From a virus (Duplodnaviria; Caudoviricetes): a stretch of DNA of 52,749 nucleotides. Below are positions 1 to 10,876 of this stretch, piece after piece. The notes below the pieces were generated by a model that worked only from the letters and a program-made list of their open reading frames with translations, searched no databases and had not been told where the DNA came from. A program made the position numbers and the translations under genes. Where the stretch lies: positions 1 through 52,749 of the IMG/VR virus record IMGVR_UViG_3300044617_001342; one strand, 5' to 3'. The first letter of the stretch is position 1. The number at the start of each line of letters is the position of its first letter.

Positions 1-29
1 GTGCGGTATCTGGTGGTTCGGGTTCAGGC

Positions 30-1367
30 TTGATTTTAAACATCACTACAGGAAAAGTAGGAAACGTAGTTACAGCAGTAAATCACGATTTCAGGAATGG
101 TGAATTTGTTACTATTGCTGGTTGTACCGCAGAAACAACATTTAATAATACATTTGCAGTAATAGGAACTAATTCTCAAACCGCATTTAGCATTGCTGCA
201 AATTCTGCCGCAACCCAAAGCCCAACTGCGGCTAGCTCACTCACAACGACTTTGATTGTAGATGCTTCTCAAAACTGGAATACCAACGAGCATGTCGGAA
301 GAGTGGTATTCGTACAAACACAGGGAACGTCTCCAACTAACGCAGGTGCCAGACGTATTACCGCAAATACTGCAACAACATTAACTTTGTCGTCTGTAAT
401 TTCAGTGATGGCAAACGGACAATCTCGTTATGTGATTCAAGAAGCACGACCATTCGGTGCGATGTGCATAGATAAAGTTGCAGAACGCTCACCAAACGGA
501 TGGACAACTTCCGGTACAGCAACTACGCTAGTTGACACAACCAAAAACTGGAGAATAAATCAATATCAAAACTGCCGTGTTAGAATTGTTTCAGGAACGG
601 GAGAAGGAAATGATGTTGTAATCACTTCCAATACTGCAACGACTCTAACCGTGGCTTCTTGGAACGTTGCAACACCAGATGCAACTTCAAAGTATCAGAT
701 TATGGACTCGTATGGAATAGTAACTACTGGTGCAGGAACAACAACTGTTACTGATGCAAATAAAAATTTCCCAACAAACTATCTGGCAGGAAAAAGACTC
801 CGTTATATTGCGGGAACCGCTTCTTCTTCTGCTGGTACAGCAACAGTAGAAGTTTCAGTAACATCAAATACTGCAACAGTAATTACTGTACCTGCATTGA
901 CTTCCAACGCCACAGATACATTCTATGCAATTTATGAAATTCCAGCAAGAAGCACAGGTATTAATATAAAATGGCTGTATGGTGTTTCCGATGTAGATAA
1001 GAAAGGAAGATGGTTGATTTCTCCCCGTGGCGGTGGTTCAAATATCTTTGATATATTTGACATCCCAACATCAACTTGGGAACTCACGCCATTCGTTACA
1101 CCTATAACAACTACTTTGACTACGGGTTCCATGTATGCATATGACGGAGTTGATTCGTATTACTTCACCAAAGACGCTACAAACCGTATTTATCAACTAG
1201 ATCTTTCTAAGTTCCAAGTAGAAACAGCAACATCTATTCCATATGCTCATAGCACAGCAACCCTCAGCAATAAATTTGAAATTGTAAAAACTGTTGATGG
1301 TTTAACATATCTGTACGTCATGCGTCATACTGGTCAGGAAATGTGGCGTACTCTTAAGTTCTGGTAA
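30..1367 (+). CDS. Virion structural / tail-associated protein (probably 5'-truncated by window edge)
   Basis: Thr/Asn/Gly-rich beta-strand repeats (xITSNTATTLT x3, DxxKNW), directly upstream of tail-fibre gene; frame is open towards the window start. Confidence 0.6.
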   Translation: MILNITTGKVGNVVTAVNHDFRNGEFVTIAGCTAETTFNNTFAVIGTNSQTAFSIAANSAATQSPTAASSLTTTLIVDASQNWNTNEHVGRVVFVQTQGTSPTNAGARRITANTATTLTLSSVISVMANGQSRYVIQEARPFGAMCIDKVAERSPNGWTTSGTATTLVDTTKNWRINQYQNCRVRIVSGTGEGNDVVITSNTATTLTVASWNVATPDATSKYQIMDSYGIVTTGAGTTTVTDANKNFPTNYLAGKRLRYIAGTASSSAGTATVEVSVTSNTATVITVPALTSNATDTFYAIYEIPARSTGINIKWLYGVSDVDKKGRWLISPRGGGSNIFDIFDIPTSTWELTPFVTPITTTLTTGSMYAYDGVDSYYFTKDATNRIYQLDLSKFQVETATSIPYAHSTATLSNKFEIVKTVDGLTYLYVMRHTGQEMWRTLKFW

Positions 1368-1395
1368 GTATGCAATATAACATAAATATTAACAC

Positions 1396-4167
1396 ATGGC
1401 ACTAGATTTTCCTACATCACCAACACTTAATGAAATTTACACATTTGGTGGTCGTTCATGGCAATGGAACGGTACCGCATGGGATGTTTATAGTCCTGCA
1501 GGCGGTCTGACGCAATATGTTTCAAAATTAAATGGTCTTTGTGGATCAATTAATATTGCTGCAGGATCTTCTATATCTGTAACCCCAACAGGTAATACTC
1601 TAACAATTGCCTATACTGGTGGAGGTGGTGGTGGAGCTACTGGTGCTACTGGTGCTACGGGAGCCACTGGAGCAGGTGGAGCTTTAGGATACTGGGGTAG
1701 TTTCTGGTCAACTCAAGACCAAGCAGCAGCAGGTACAACACTTGCTTATGCAATTACTTACAATAATACAGATCCAAATTCTAATGGTGTAAGTATTGTT
1801 TCCAATTCAAGAATTACATTCAGTAATTCCGGTGTATATAACATTCAGTTTTCAGCACAGGCAGACAGAATTTCTGGTTCTGGTACTGATACGATAGAAA
1901 TATGGTTCCGTAAAAATGGATCAGATGTTCCAGATAGCAACAGTATCGTAACTGTTTCTGGTAGTGCAGCAGCAGCCAAAACAATTGCTGCGTGGAACTA
2001 TATGTTTAATATTACTGCTAATGATTATGTTGAATTAATGTGGAGAACATCTGATACTCGTTTAGAATTTATCGCAGATCCAGCAGGAACAAACCCAACT
2101 AGACCGGCAATTCCTTCTGTAATTCTTTCAGCAAATCAGGTTATGTATACTCAGCTTGGTCCCACGGGTCCCGCAGGTCCAACTGGTCCACAAGGAAATA
2201 CAGGAAATACAGGAGCCACTGGTTCTCAAGGTATTCAGGGAAATACAGGAAACACTGGTGCAACTGGTCCACAGGGAAACACTGGTGCTACTGGTGCTAC
2301 TGGTTCTCAAGGAAACACTGGTGCTACTGGTGCCACTGGTCCTGTTGGTCCTTATGTAATTTCAATTCGTGGTCTTACTGGCGCTGTTGGTTTGACCAAC
2401 GGTTCTGGAATAGGTCTATCAGTTTCTGGAAACACTCTGACTGTTTCGAATACTGGGGTACTGAGTATTGACGGTAGTACTGGGGCTATTACAAATGTTG
2501 CTCGTACAAATGTAGATAATAATTTTAGTGCATCACAAACTACAGTAAGTACAATAACTGCAAATTCTACGTCTTTACAGCCTACTTCAATATTTCATTA
2601 TTATGATTCTAGTACAAATTCACAGTTGTGGCAATCTGCTGATGCAAATTCAACAATAACATTTCCAAATTATACCACAACTCTTGCAGGACTTGCAGGA
2701 ACTCAAACCTTTACAGGTACAAATACTTTTAGTACTTTAACAAACTTTACTTCAGGAATCAGTGCAGCAGGAGGAACCTTCAGCGCACTCACAAGATTCA
2801 ATTCAGGTATTAGTTCAGCAGGAGGAACTTTCACCGCACTCACAAGATTTACTGCGGGAATTAGTGCTTCTGGAGCAACCTTTAGCGGCAACATCTCTGC
2901 ACCAAATATTGTTAACAGTTTCAACGGAATCACAGGTGCAGTCACAGGTGTAGCATCTATTCGTGGTCTTACTGGTACTGTTGGAATCACCAATGGCAAT
3001 GGAATTGGTCTGAGTGTATCTGGTCAGACTATGACCTTCAGTAATACTGGAGTGTTGAGTATTGATGGGAGTACTGGTGCTATTACAAATGTTGCTCGTA
3101 CAAATGTAGATAATAATTTTAGTTCTGCTCAAACCATAGAAGCACCAGGTGCATATCTTGAAATAATTAATAGTGCTACCTCTACCGCCTTTACTCTTAC
3201 TCCTGGTTTGGGTATTGCAGTTAGTGATTCAATTAATTCTCCTCAAACATTACAGTTTAATCAGACATTTACTAATACTACAGTTACTCTTCCTAATTAT
3301 ACTACAACTTTAGCAGGTCTTTCTGGTAATCAAACCTTCACCGCACTCAATACCTTTAATGCAGGTATTAGTGCTGCTGGTGGTGTTACTCTTTCAGGAA
3401 CTTTGCGGGGAACAACTGCAAACTTCACAGGTCTTGTATCCTCTACTGTTGGGTTCTCTGGTGCAGCAACCAATCTTACAGGAAATGCAACTGGATTGAC
3501 TGCGGGAACTGCTTCTAGAGTTCAAATCGCAGAAGGAGCAGGATCAAATTACTATTTGGCTCTTGTTGGAGGTACGGGAAACACAGGAATATTCGTAGAC
3601 ACATCCGTCCCAAGATGGAACTACAATGCATCAACAGGTGCGCTGACAACAACCACGGGATATGTAGAGGCTGCAAATTTATATGCAACTACTGCAATCT
3701 ATGCAAATACTTTGGAAGGGTTTGACGGCACCTCACAACTAAACATTCGCGCTCCATACTTTGATGGAACATATCAGCCAATATATATTGGTGATACTAA
3801 TGGTTCGGGGGACGGAACATTAATTACAGTAGACGATGCCGCAAGTAAGATTGAATTCGCCGCAGGTAATATTGACGCTTACGGAAGCCTGAATGTAAAA
3901 AATAGTGGCTATTTGACATTCTTTGATGCAGATGCATCAAACTATGTTGCATTCAGAGGAGCAACGGCTCTTGCTGCTAATACTACTTGGACACTCCCGT
4001 CTGCTGATGGCTCTGCAAACCAAGTCCTGACCACAAACGGTTCAGGAACTTTGAGTTGGAGTACTCCAAGCGGTAGTGGAATAACACAATATGTTTCTAC
4101 TTTAAATGGTTTAACAGGTGCTGTTCAATATATCGTAGACTTCAAGAGAGGGTGGTTCTTATCATGA
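1396..4167 (+). CDS. Tail fibre protein with collagen-like segment
   Basis: [25 protein letters not shown]-terminus, G-X-Y repeats ~2158-2350, repeated SxNGLTGAV motifs, C-terminal [24 protein letters not shown]; CATAAATA at 1381-1388. Confidence 0.8.
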   Translation: MALDFPTSPTLNEIYTFGGRSWQWNGTAWDVYSPAGGLTQYVSKLNGLCGSINIAAGSSISVTPTGNTLTIAYTGGGGGGATGATGATGATGAGGALGYWGSFWSTQDQAAAGTTLAYAITYNNTDPNSNGVSIVSNSRITFSNSGVYNIQFSAQADRISGSGTDTIEIWFRKNGSDVPDSNSIVTVSGSAAAAKTIAAWNYMFNITANDYVELMWRTSDTRLEFIADPAGTNPTRPAIPSVILSANQVMYTQLGPTGPAGPTGPQGNTGNTGATGSQGIQGNTGNTGATGPQGNTGATGATGSQGNTGATGATGPVGPYVISIRGLTGAVGLTNGSGIGLSVSGNTLTVSNTGVLSIDGSTGAITNVARTNVDNNFSASQTTVSTITANSTSLQPTSIFHYYDSSTNSQLWQSADANSTITFPNYTTTLAGLAGTQTFTGTNTFSTLTNFTSGISAAGGTFSALTRFNSGISSAGGTFTALTRFTAGISASGATFSGNISAPNIVNSFNGITGAVTGVASIRGLTGTVGITNGNGIGLSVSGQTMTFSNTGVLSIDGSTGAITNVARTNVDNNFSSAQTIEAPGAYLEIINSATSTAFTLTPGLGIAVSDSINSPQTLQFNQTFTNTTVTLPNYTTTLAGLSGNQTFTALNTFNAGISAAGGVTLSGTLRGTTANFTGLVSSTVGFSGAATNLTGNATGLTAGTASRVQIAEGAGSNYYLALVGGTGNTGIFVDTSVPRWNYNASTGALTTTTGYVEAANLYATTAIYANTLEGFDGTSQLNIRAPYFDGTYQPIYIGDTNGSGDGTLITVDDAASKIEFAAGNIDAYGSLNVKNSGYLTFFDADASNYVAFRGATALAANTTWTLPSADGSANQVLTTNGSGTLSWSTPSGSGITQYVSTLNGLTGAVQYIVDFKRGWFLS
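2362..3135 (+). repeat. Internal ~60-aa module duplication in tail fibre plus 3-4 short GISAAGGTF repeats
   Basis: [35 protein letters not shown] occurs at ~2362-2529 and ~2956-3123, with an identical ~45-nt stretch. Confidence 0.9.
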
Positions 4168-4955
4168 GAAGATGGCGACTCAATTCAGGATACTGCGGCA
4201 ACACAGACCAACGCCGTACAAAGGCAGGAACTATTCCTATTCTGAAGCACTACATTGAAAGAGATTTAGGGACGTTCTTTACCTCAAGTGATGAGTATTA
4301 CAGTTTTGTTACTCTTTTGCTGCATTGCGATGGAGCCAACAACAGCACCACAATTACTGATAGTAGTTCATCACAAGTAACCGTAACTCCTCAAGGTGAT
4401 GCAAAAATCAGCACCGCACAAAGTAAGTTTGGCGGATCGTCTTTGCTGCTAGATGGCACAGGAGATTTTGGTCTAATCGATACTCAAATGACCAACTTTG
4501 AATATTCTGGTGATTTTACAATTGAGGGTTGGTGGCGGTTTAATGCGAACAATGTGGGCTATCAGGGTCTTATTGGTTCAGCAGCAGGTGGAGATCAAAC
4601 AGGTTGGGCTTTGATTGCCGAAACCAATAACACATTGAATTTTTATGGATCTAGCACAACTGCTTGGAATACTGTTGTATCTAGTACTCAGGTTCCCACA
4701 ATAAACACTTGGCATCATATTGCTGTTTGTCGTTCAGGAAGCACAGTTCGTTTATTTTACAACGGCACACAAATTGGGTCATCAACATCGTCCAATTCCA
4801 TTCGTTCTGGAACCTCATTACGAGTCGGTGGCTATCAATTTTTTCCGGGTGGTGCGAGAAGTTTCAATGGTTATATTGACGAACTTCGGATTACCAAAGG
4901 ATTTGCCAGATACACAGCCAACTTTACGCCGCCAACACAAGCACCAACACCATAA
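4164..4955 (+). CDS. LamG / concanavalin A-like lectin domain tail protein
   Basis: [47 protein letters not shown] motifs; ATG 4164 overlaps upstream TGA (ATGA). Confidence 0.8.
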   Translation: MRRWRLNSGYCGNTDQRRTKAGTIPILKHYIERDLGTFFTSSDEYYSFVTLLLHCDGANNSTTITDSSSSQVTVTPQGDAKISTAQSKFGGSSLLLDGTGDFGLIDTQMTNFEYSGDFTIEGWWRFNANNVGYQGLIGSAAGGDQTGWALIAETNNTLNFYGSSTTAWNTVVSSTQVPTINTWHHIAVCRSGSTVRLFYNGTQIGSSTSSNSIRSGTSLRVGGYQFFPGGARSFNGYIDELRITKGFARYTANFTPPTQAPTP

Positions 4956-4976
4956 ATATCATAGAAGGAACATCGT

Positions 4977-5297
4977 ATGCCAGACATATACACAAATTAC
5001 GCAACTTCAGTCGGTGTCACGGCAGCCACCACAATTTATGCGGGGATCACAGGAACCGCAATAGTGAATGCTATTCATGTTGCCAACAGTAACACCACAA
5101 TAGCCAATAGTGTATCTGTTCAGTTGTTCAAGGGAGCAACAGGTTACTACATTGTTCGTGCAGCAGCAGTTCCAATTCAATCAACATACCAAGCACTTGA
5201 TGCACCAATTCCACTCGTAACAGGAGACACTCTCAAAGTTACAGCAGGATTCACTGCGGGACTTGATATCATCGTATCGGTATTGGAGTCAACCTAA
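4977..5297 (+). CDS. Small structural/hypothetical protein
   Basis: CATAAATA at 4951 plus AAGGA; beta-rich, PIPLVTGDTLKVTA motif typical of phage tail-region proteins. Confidence 0.6.
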   Translation: MPDIYTNYATSVGVTAATTIYAGITGTAIVNAIHVANSNTTIANSVSVQLFKGATGYYIVRAAAVPIQSTYQALDAPIPLVTGDTLKVTAGFTAGLDIIVSVLEST

Positions 5298-5599
5298 TGG
5301 CACTACAGCAAATCATACAGCACCCAACGGGAACCTATTCGCAGTATTGGAAGATTCGTACTCTGAATCTGAATCATACCGCCAAGACAGGTACAGTTAT
5401 TTTGGATGGATATGTTTCTGAACAAGCAAGAATAGACAATAAGATTCCTCTTGATGAAAGAACCATCAATGTGTTTGATTTTGATGTGTGGTTTGCACCA
5501 GATGTCATTGATGCTGAGGGAATGAATCAGGTAAAATCTGCATATACCTTTACAAAGTCCATTCCGAATGGTGAGTTTGTTGGATCGACAGACGTTTAA
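5297..5599 (+). CDS. Hypothetical protein (tail-fibre assembly-like)
   Basis: TAATG coupling; QYWKI..AYTFTKSIPNGEF resembles small tail-region proteins. Confidence 0.5.
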   Translation: MALQQIIQHPTGTYSQYWKIRTLNLNHTAKTGTVILDGYVSEQARIDNKIPLDERTINVFDFDVWFAPDVIDAEGMNQVKSAYTFTKSIPNGEFVGSTDV

Positions 5600-5614
5600 A
5601 ATCTATATTTTTAA

Positions 5615-5642
5615 TTGACATATGAATATTATATGATATAAT
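5615..5642 (+). promoter_or_regulatory. sigma70-like promoter TTGACA-16-TATAAT (extended -10 TG), leaderless
   Basis: Read directly; ATG 6 nt after the -10 box. Confidence 0.8.
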
Positions 5643-5648
5643 ACTTAT

Positions 5649-6170
5649 ATGCTTTTAGAATATTTTAAAGATAATCCGTACATCCCAGATCCAAATTTTC
5701 AGACCAAGATGGCAGCATGTTTTGACCTTGCCGCATACATTCCAAAGAATGAAAAAGTCAAAGTTTACTCTGGCAAAGAATGTATGGATGTCTCCCCAAT
5801 ATATGACTCCGAAAAGGAAGACTCCTATGTCTGCCTAATGCCCGGAGAAAGGGCTCTAATTCGCACAGGCTTGACTTTTAAGCTGCCCGATGGATATTCC
5901 CTCCGTCTACACCCCCGGTCAGGGATGGCTCTTAAATACGGTCTTACGCTGACAAATTGCGAAGGCGTGGTTGACGAAGATTATACCTACGAAACCAAAC
6001 TTATTATGATGAATACCAATAGCAAGGATTCTATCAAAATTTATAATAAGGACCGTGTAGCACAGGCAGAACTAGTTCCCTATGAGCAGCCTTTACTTGC
6101 TGAAATTCAATTTCGTCCGACTCTAAAGTCAGACAGAATCGGTGGGTTCGGTAGTACTGGTGTCAGATGA
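5649..6170 (+). CDS. dut: Trimeric dUTPase
   Basis: AACFDL, PRSGMALK, GVVDEDY, DRVAQ, RIGGFGSTG motifs I-V. Confidence 0.95.
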   Translation: MLLEYFKDNPYIPDPNFQTKMAACFDLAAYIPKNEKVKVYSGKECMDVSPIYDSEKEDSYVCLMPGERALIRTGLTFKLPDGYSLRLHPRSGMALKYGLTLTNCEGVVDEDYTYETKLIMMNTNSKDSIKIYNKDRVAQAELVPYEQPLLAEIQFRPTLKSDRIGGFGSTGVR

Positions 6171-6395
6171 TTTCTTTGGAAATTTAATTGATTTAAATTC
6201 TTTCCAAGCAAACCATATCACAACAGCCAAGATAACCACATACCAAAAACTCCATTCGGAGGCTTGGTTGGGAGATCCAAAGAATGGTTCTTTAAGAACG
6301 CTGTGAATTGGATTTCCCTTTTTGTCTAAAGGGGAAATAATCTGAGGAGTTGTGCATGATACTAGAAATAGAACCATTGGAATCAAATATTTCAT
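6129..6395 (-). CDS. Lipoprotein with C-terminal TM helix (u-spanin-like topology)
   Basis: MKYLIPMVLFLVS-C lipobox; WYVVILAVVIWFAW TM followed by basic tail. Confidence 0.5.
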   Translation of the reverse strand: MKYLIPMVLFLVSCTTPQIISPLDKKGNPIHSVLKEPFFGSPNQASEWSFWYVVILAVVIWFAWKEFKSIKFPKKSSDTSTTEPTDSV

Positions 6396-6826
6396 GATTT
6401 ATTTCCTCCTGCGGCTGTGCCAAAGTAGAATCCAACCACAGCCAAAAGAACTTGGCGATTTTCTTCAGCAAACAAGTATCCAGGAATTTCTACAAAGTAT
6501 TTCCGTGTTGTTTCTGGAACCAATCCAAAGAAACTTTCAGGTTGTTTTTGAGTAAACTCGGCAAAGGTTGAAATTCCAAAAAATGGTAAGACAAATGGAG
6601 CAGCAACTACGGCAAATAGACAGGCCAATACGATCAGTTGTCTTACTCCCTTTCCAAGATCAATTGGAACTCTTTGAGCAGCCTTATCTTGGTTGTCTGT
6701 GGTTTGTTTATTGGCCTCAATTGCCATCTTAAACATGTCTTTTTGATCTTGGGCTCTTTGTGCCCAATAACGAAACAGGAATCCCGTGACTCCTCCACCT
6801 AGCAAAGATATTAATTCTGTTGGCAT
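6392..6826 (-). CDS. Membrane protein, holin-like
   Basis: Hydrophobic N-terminus, central TM, C-terminal AVVGFYFG motif seen in phage holin-like proteins. Confidence 0.55.
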   Translation of the reverse strand: MPTELISLLGGGVTGFLFRYWAQRAQDQKDMFKMAIEANKQTTDNQDKAAQRVPIDLGKGVRQLIVLACLFAVVAAPFVLPFFGISTFAEFTQKQPESFFGLVPETTRKYFVEIPGYLFAEENRQVLLAVVGFYFGTAAGGNKS

Positions 6827-6832
6827 ATTACC

Positions 6833-7426
6833 TCAATTCTTTTGATGTGAAAGTTGTAGTTCAATCGAATTACGAATAGATTCAAAAATATCCATAAAAT
6901 TCTTTTCTTGAATTAGTATTGGTTCAAAATCTTTGTGCCATTGCATCAACACAAATCCAACATTTGTTCCCTTGCTTTTCAAAGGTAAGCAAGAAAAATG
7001 AGAAATGTTTTCATCATCAAAAAAATGTCTTGCATGGCTGTCTGTTGGCAAAGACTCAATTGAATGAATGACTGCACTGTTTTGTGTGACTTTATTCAAT
7101 AAAGGAACAAATAAAGAACATTGAGTTCCTTTGAGTTTTCCTACTTGTGAAACATATCCTTTATGGGAAGATTCGTGAGTTATTGAAAACTTTAACATAG
7201 AGATGCCATCCATGAAATATTCTCCATTATGCAGTTGCAAAACGGTGGATCTCATGCTGCGGCCTTCAAGACGAAGTTCTGTAAGTAGTTCGTGGATTTC
7301 TGTATGGATTGTATTAAAACTGTAATTTGTTTTATCTTTATTCCAAAATTTTTTAATTCCGTATCCGAGTCCCGCCAATCCGGCTACTCCATACGCTGAA
7401 AGTTCAAATATTTTAGAAAAATCCAT
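6833..7426 (-). CDS. N-terminal TM plus GAF-like domain protein (T4 holin T-like architecture)
   Basis: TM AYGVAGLAGLGYGI; LQLHNG, FSITHE, SCLPLK..VGFVLMQW GAF-like pattern; late promoter upstream. Confidence 0.5.
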   Translation of the reverse strand: MDFSKIFELSAYGVAGLAGLGYGIKKFWNKDKTNYSFNTIHTEIHELLTELRLEGRSMRSTVLQLHNGEYFMDGISMLKFSITHESSHKGYVSQVGKLKGTQCSLFVPLLNKVTQNSAVIHSIESLPTDSHARHFFDDENISHFSCLPLKSKGTNVGFVLMQWHKDFEPILIQEKNFMDIFESIRNSIELQLSHQKN

Positions 7427-7446
7427 TGATAAACTCCATGTCTTAA

Positions 7447-7483
7447 TATTTATATTTGACAGGGTGTTAATATATGATAGAAT
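7447..7483. promoter_or_regulatory. Divergent pair: late TATAAATA (-, 7447-7454) and TTGACA-16-TAGAAT (+, 7456-7483)
   Basis: Read directly. Confidence 0.8.
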
Positions 7484-7491
7484 GTTAATCT

Positions 7492-7815
7492 ATGATGACC
7501 AGAGAAGAATTATTTAAATTACACGAAGAAATTTGCAAAGAAGCCATCGAACTCATGCGTAAAAAGAACAATGACTACGCATCTGGCGCAGATCCTTTCA
7601 TGAATTTCCGAAGAGCGGAATATTTAGGTTTTGCAACGGCAGAACTTGGTGTTCTCATTCGCATGACTGACAAGATGTCAAGAATCTCCACTTATTTGAA
7701 TAAGGGAGAACTTTCATTGCAGAATGAGAGTGTTTATGATGCAATTGTTGACCTAATTAATTACAGTGTTATACTTGCAGGGCTTCTCAAAGATAGAGAA
7801 CCCAAGAAAGACTAA
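7492..7815 (+). CDS. DUF1599 / nucleotide-modification-associated domain protein
   Basis: KKNNDY..DPFMNF..GVLIRMTDKMSRI..ESVYDAIVDLINYSVI pattern. Confidence 0.7.
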   Translation: MMTREELFKLHEEICKEAIELMRKKNNDYASGADPFMNFRRAEYLGFATAELGVLIRMTDKMSRISTYLNKGELSLQNESVYDAIVDLINYSVILAGLLKDREPKKD

Positions 7816-10322
7816 TGAAATTTTATACTGCCTGTGCTTTGAAGGGGAACAAGGTTCTTGTTCGTGGTTATGACAATGGTGTTCGGTTTACCGACACCAT
7901 TGCTTATAAGCCATCCCTATACATTAAATCTGATAGCCAATCCAAGTACAGGACTCTCAACAATGTCAACGTCAAACGTATGAAGTTTGACACGTTGTAT
8001 GATTGCCGTCAATTCCTAGACCAATACAGAGACCTAGATGATTGCCCGATTTATGGAAACACTGATTTCGTCACTCAATATCTCATGGAGACTTATCCGA
8101 CTGAGGTGGAATACGATCTTTCCAAGATCAAAGTAGCCTACCTAGACTTGGAATGTGAGACTGAGGGAGGCTTCCCAGACCTAGACAATCCCAATGAACG
8201 AATCAATCTTGTGACTATTCGTATCTGCGGTGTCAACTATGTTCTTACTATGAAGCCACTTACCTTGCCAGACTGCAAGGTTGTTATGGTTACATCAGAG
8301 AAGGAACTGATCAAGAAAATCTTTGATATCCTTGCTAAGGAAGACATAGATATTCTTACCGGATGGAACATCAAACTCTTCGATATGCCCTATATAATAG
8401 GTAGGGCAAAGCTTTTCTTTGAGGAAAAAGAGATTCAGAGTTGGATGCCGTTTGGTTTGATGAAGATGCGTGAGACTAATATTGGTGGCAAGGATTACAA
8501 ACTCTTTGAGTTTCCCGGCTACACGATTCTAGACTACATGGATCTTTACAAGAAGTTCAGGCTTGTTCCCAGAGAAAGTTACGCTCTTAACTTTATTGCA
8601 AAGGCGGAACTAAATGCTCAAAAACTGGATTACAGCGAGTATGGATCTTTGCGGGAGTTCTATACAAAAGATTTTCAAAAGTTTGCGGAGTATAACGTAC
8701 AAGATGTCGTGCTGGTTGAACAGCTTGACAATAAGCTCCGACTGATTGATTTGGCGATCTCCATTGCCTATGAGGCAAAGATCACATTTGATACGGTCTT
8801 CTTTGCCACTCGGATCTGGGAGACCATTTGCTGTGACTATCTTGCAAAGCAATACATTGTTCCACCTCTAAAGACCAAGTATGCCAAGGATGAGCAGTTT
8901 GTTGGTGCATATGTCAAGGAAGTTGTACCGGGACTCTACAAGAACATAGTCAGTTTTGACGCAACTAGCCTGTATCCATCCATCATCATGTCATGGAACA
9001 TTTCTCCTGAAACTTGCATTCACAAAGATTCATCACTCAATGCTGATGATTTCCTTCGCAGCAAGCGTAAGGAGATTCCAGATATTATTGAAGATGCTGA
9101 AAGCCAGAATGCATGTGTTACATGCAATGGTTCTTTCTTCACCCGTAAAGTCAAGGGCTTTATTCCAATACTAATTGAGACCACTTTCAATCAGCGTAAG
9201 GAAGCCAAGAACAAGATGATGGAACTGAAAAAGGAATATGAGGAAACCAAGAACGCCGATCTTCTTCCACGTATCTCTGCTCTAGATATTCGTCAGACCG
9301 TAAAGAAAATTTTGGCAAACAGCCTGTATGGTTGCCTTGGTAATCCTGCATTTACATATTCATCTCCTGAACTGGCTACGGCTGTTACCGTGACTGGACA
9401 GGTGATTATTCGTACTGCTGAGAATTCCATGAATGACTATATCAACAAGGTAATGAAGAATGAAGAACCCAAAGATTACGTTATTGCAGTCGATACTGAT
9501 TCGGTCTATTTGAATCTTGATGAAGTTATCACAAAGGTTTCCAGCAAGACTCCGATTGAAGATATCACTTCTTTTGTAGATGACATTTGTGAAAACAATA
9601 TTCAGAAACAACTAAACAAGGTCATGAAAGATCTTACTGGTATGTTGGGCTGCAAAAATAATAAGATTTCTTTCAAGCGTGAAGCCATTGCTTCTGCCGG
9701 AATGTTTATTGCCAAGAAGCGGTATGCATTGCTTGTGCACGACAATGAAGGAATTAGATATGCCGAACCTCAATTGAAGATCATGGGACTGGAGACTGCA
9801 CGGAGCAGCACTCCTGCAGTAGTCCGCGATAAATTGAAGGATTGCATCATGATCATCCTGACCAAGACCCCCGAGGAGTTACGCGACTTTGTGAATATAT
9901 TCTCTGATGAATTTATGAAGATGCCTATAGAAGATGTCGCTGCTCCTCGGGGTGTCAAGGGTATTAGTAAATATACTGATTCCTCTGACATCTATAAGTC
10001 TGGTACTCCAATTGCCACCAAGGCTGCATTGTTACACAATGCATACACAAAGAAGATAAAGCTTGACAAGGAACTTCCACCCATCAAGGAAAACGATAAG
10101 ATCAAGTTTGTATTTGTTCGTGTTCCAAATCCATATGGCATGGGTGGCAGAGATGCCGTGATGGGATTCATTGGCAAGCCTCCTCCACAATTTAATCTTG
10201 AAAAGTATATTGATCGAAAGAAACAATTTGAAAAAACTTTTGGTGAGCCCCTAGACAATATTTTGCAGGCCATCAAGTGGTCGATAAATGAACAAGTCAC
10301 ACTTGAATCCTTCTTTGGTTGA
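7815..10322 (+). CDS. gp43: Family B DNA polymerase (T4 gp43-like)
   Basis: ExoI DLECE, GWNIKLFD, SFDATSLYPSII, KILANSLYG, DTDS, KKRY, GLETARSSTP; C-terminal clamp-binding TLESFF. Confidence 0.97.
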   Translation: MKFYTACALKGNKVLVRGYDNGVRFTDTIAYKPSLYIKSDSQSKYRTLNNVNVKRMKFDTLYDCRQFLDQYRDLDDCPIYGNTDFVTQYLMETYPTEVEYDLSKIKVAYLDLECETEGGFPDLDNPNERINLVTIRICGVNYVLTMKPLTLPDCKVVMVTSEKELIKKIFDILAKEDIDILTGWNIKLFDMPYIIGRAKLFFEEKEIQSWMPFGLMKMRETNIGGKDYKLFEFPGYTILDYMDLYKKFRLVPRESYALNFIAKAELNAQKLDYSEYGSLREFYTKDFQKFAEYNVQDVVLVEQLDNKLRLIDLAISIAYEAKITFDTVFFATRIWETICCDYLAKQYIVPPLKTKYAKDEQFVGAYVKEVVPGLYKNIVSFDATSLYPSIIMSWNISPETCIHKDSSLNADDFLRSKRKEIPDIIEDAESQNACVTCNGSFFTRKVKGFIPILIETTFNQRKEAKNKMMELKKEYEETKNADLLPRISALDIRQTVKKILANSLYGCLGNPAFTYSSPELATAVTVTGQVIIRTAENSMNDYINKVMKNEEPKDYVIAVDTDSVYLNLDEVITKVSSKTPIEDITSFVDDICENNIQKQLNKVMKDLTGMLGCKNNKISFKREAIASAGMFIAKKRYALLVHDNEGIRYAEPQLKIMGLETARSSTPAVVRDKLKDCIMIILTKTPEELRDFVNIFSDEFMKMPIEDVAAPRGVKGISKYTDSSDIYKSGTPIATKAALLHNAYTKKIKLDKELPPIKENDKIKFVFVRVPNPYGMGGRDAVMGFIGKPPPQFNLEKYIDRKKQFEKTFGEPLDNILQAIKWSINEQVTLESFFG

Positions 10323-10330
10323 GGTATAAT
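10303..10330 (+). promoter_or_regulatory. sigma70-like promoter TTGAAT-16-TATAAT, leaderless
   Basis: ATG at 10337, 6 nt after -10. Confidence 0.65.
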
Positions 10331-10336
10331 ACAAAT

Positions 10337-10588
10337 ATGGGTAAAATTAAATATACACAAAGTCCGCAATTGACTAAACAAGACATTGATTTTGATGAAC
10401 TTCTTACAGACATCAGAAAAGACATGAAGAGACCTAGATATCAGTCAAAGCATACTCATGTAGATTTTGAAGTATTCAAACTAAAAGATGCAATAATTAA
10501 ACAGTTGCAAGAAGAAGTTAAAAATTTGAAAGAAGAAATCGAAGATCTCAAGACTGATCTAAAGTCTATGATTGAAATGGAAAGTTAA
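10337..10588 (+). CDS. Hypothetical coiled-coil protein
   Basis: ORF with C-terminal heptads; start revised to ATG after promoter. Confidence 0.6.
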   Translation: MGKIKYTQSPQLTKQDIDFDELLTDIRKDMKRPRYQSKHTHVDFEVFKLKDAIIKQLQEEVKNLKEEIEDLKTDLKSMIEMES

Positions 10589-10591
10589 GAA

Positions 10592-10876
10592 ATGATAAAG
10601 AAATTTAAATCTAGATACGGTGATGAACGAATTCTCACACTTCTTGAAAACGGATCTTACAAGGTCGAAGGTCGGACTATATATACTCGCCACGGTGATG
10701 GGCTATTTGATTTTGAAGGTGGTCCATGCTATATGGTTGGGGATAGACTACTTGACGTTGATGATGACTTAATCATTGAATCACTAACAATTGATCATAG
10801 CATAGACAAAGAAGACTACGCTGCTGTTATTATTAATACAAGAAAGGCAAAGCGTGGAAAATCAAAAATTTGCTGA
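10592..10876 (+). CDS. Hypothetical protein
   Basis: SRYGDER..DFEGGP motif; packed operon. Confidence 0.6.
   Translation: MIKKFKSRYGDERILTLLENGSYKVEGRTIYTRHGDGLFDFEGGPCYMVGDRLLDVDDDLIIESLTIDHSIDKEDYAAVIINTRKAKRGKSKIC

Noticed and set aside
2362-3135. Diversity-generating retroelement TR/VR pair
   Set aside because: Both copies are in frame within one gene, differences are not adenine-specific, and there is no reverse transcriptase in the window
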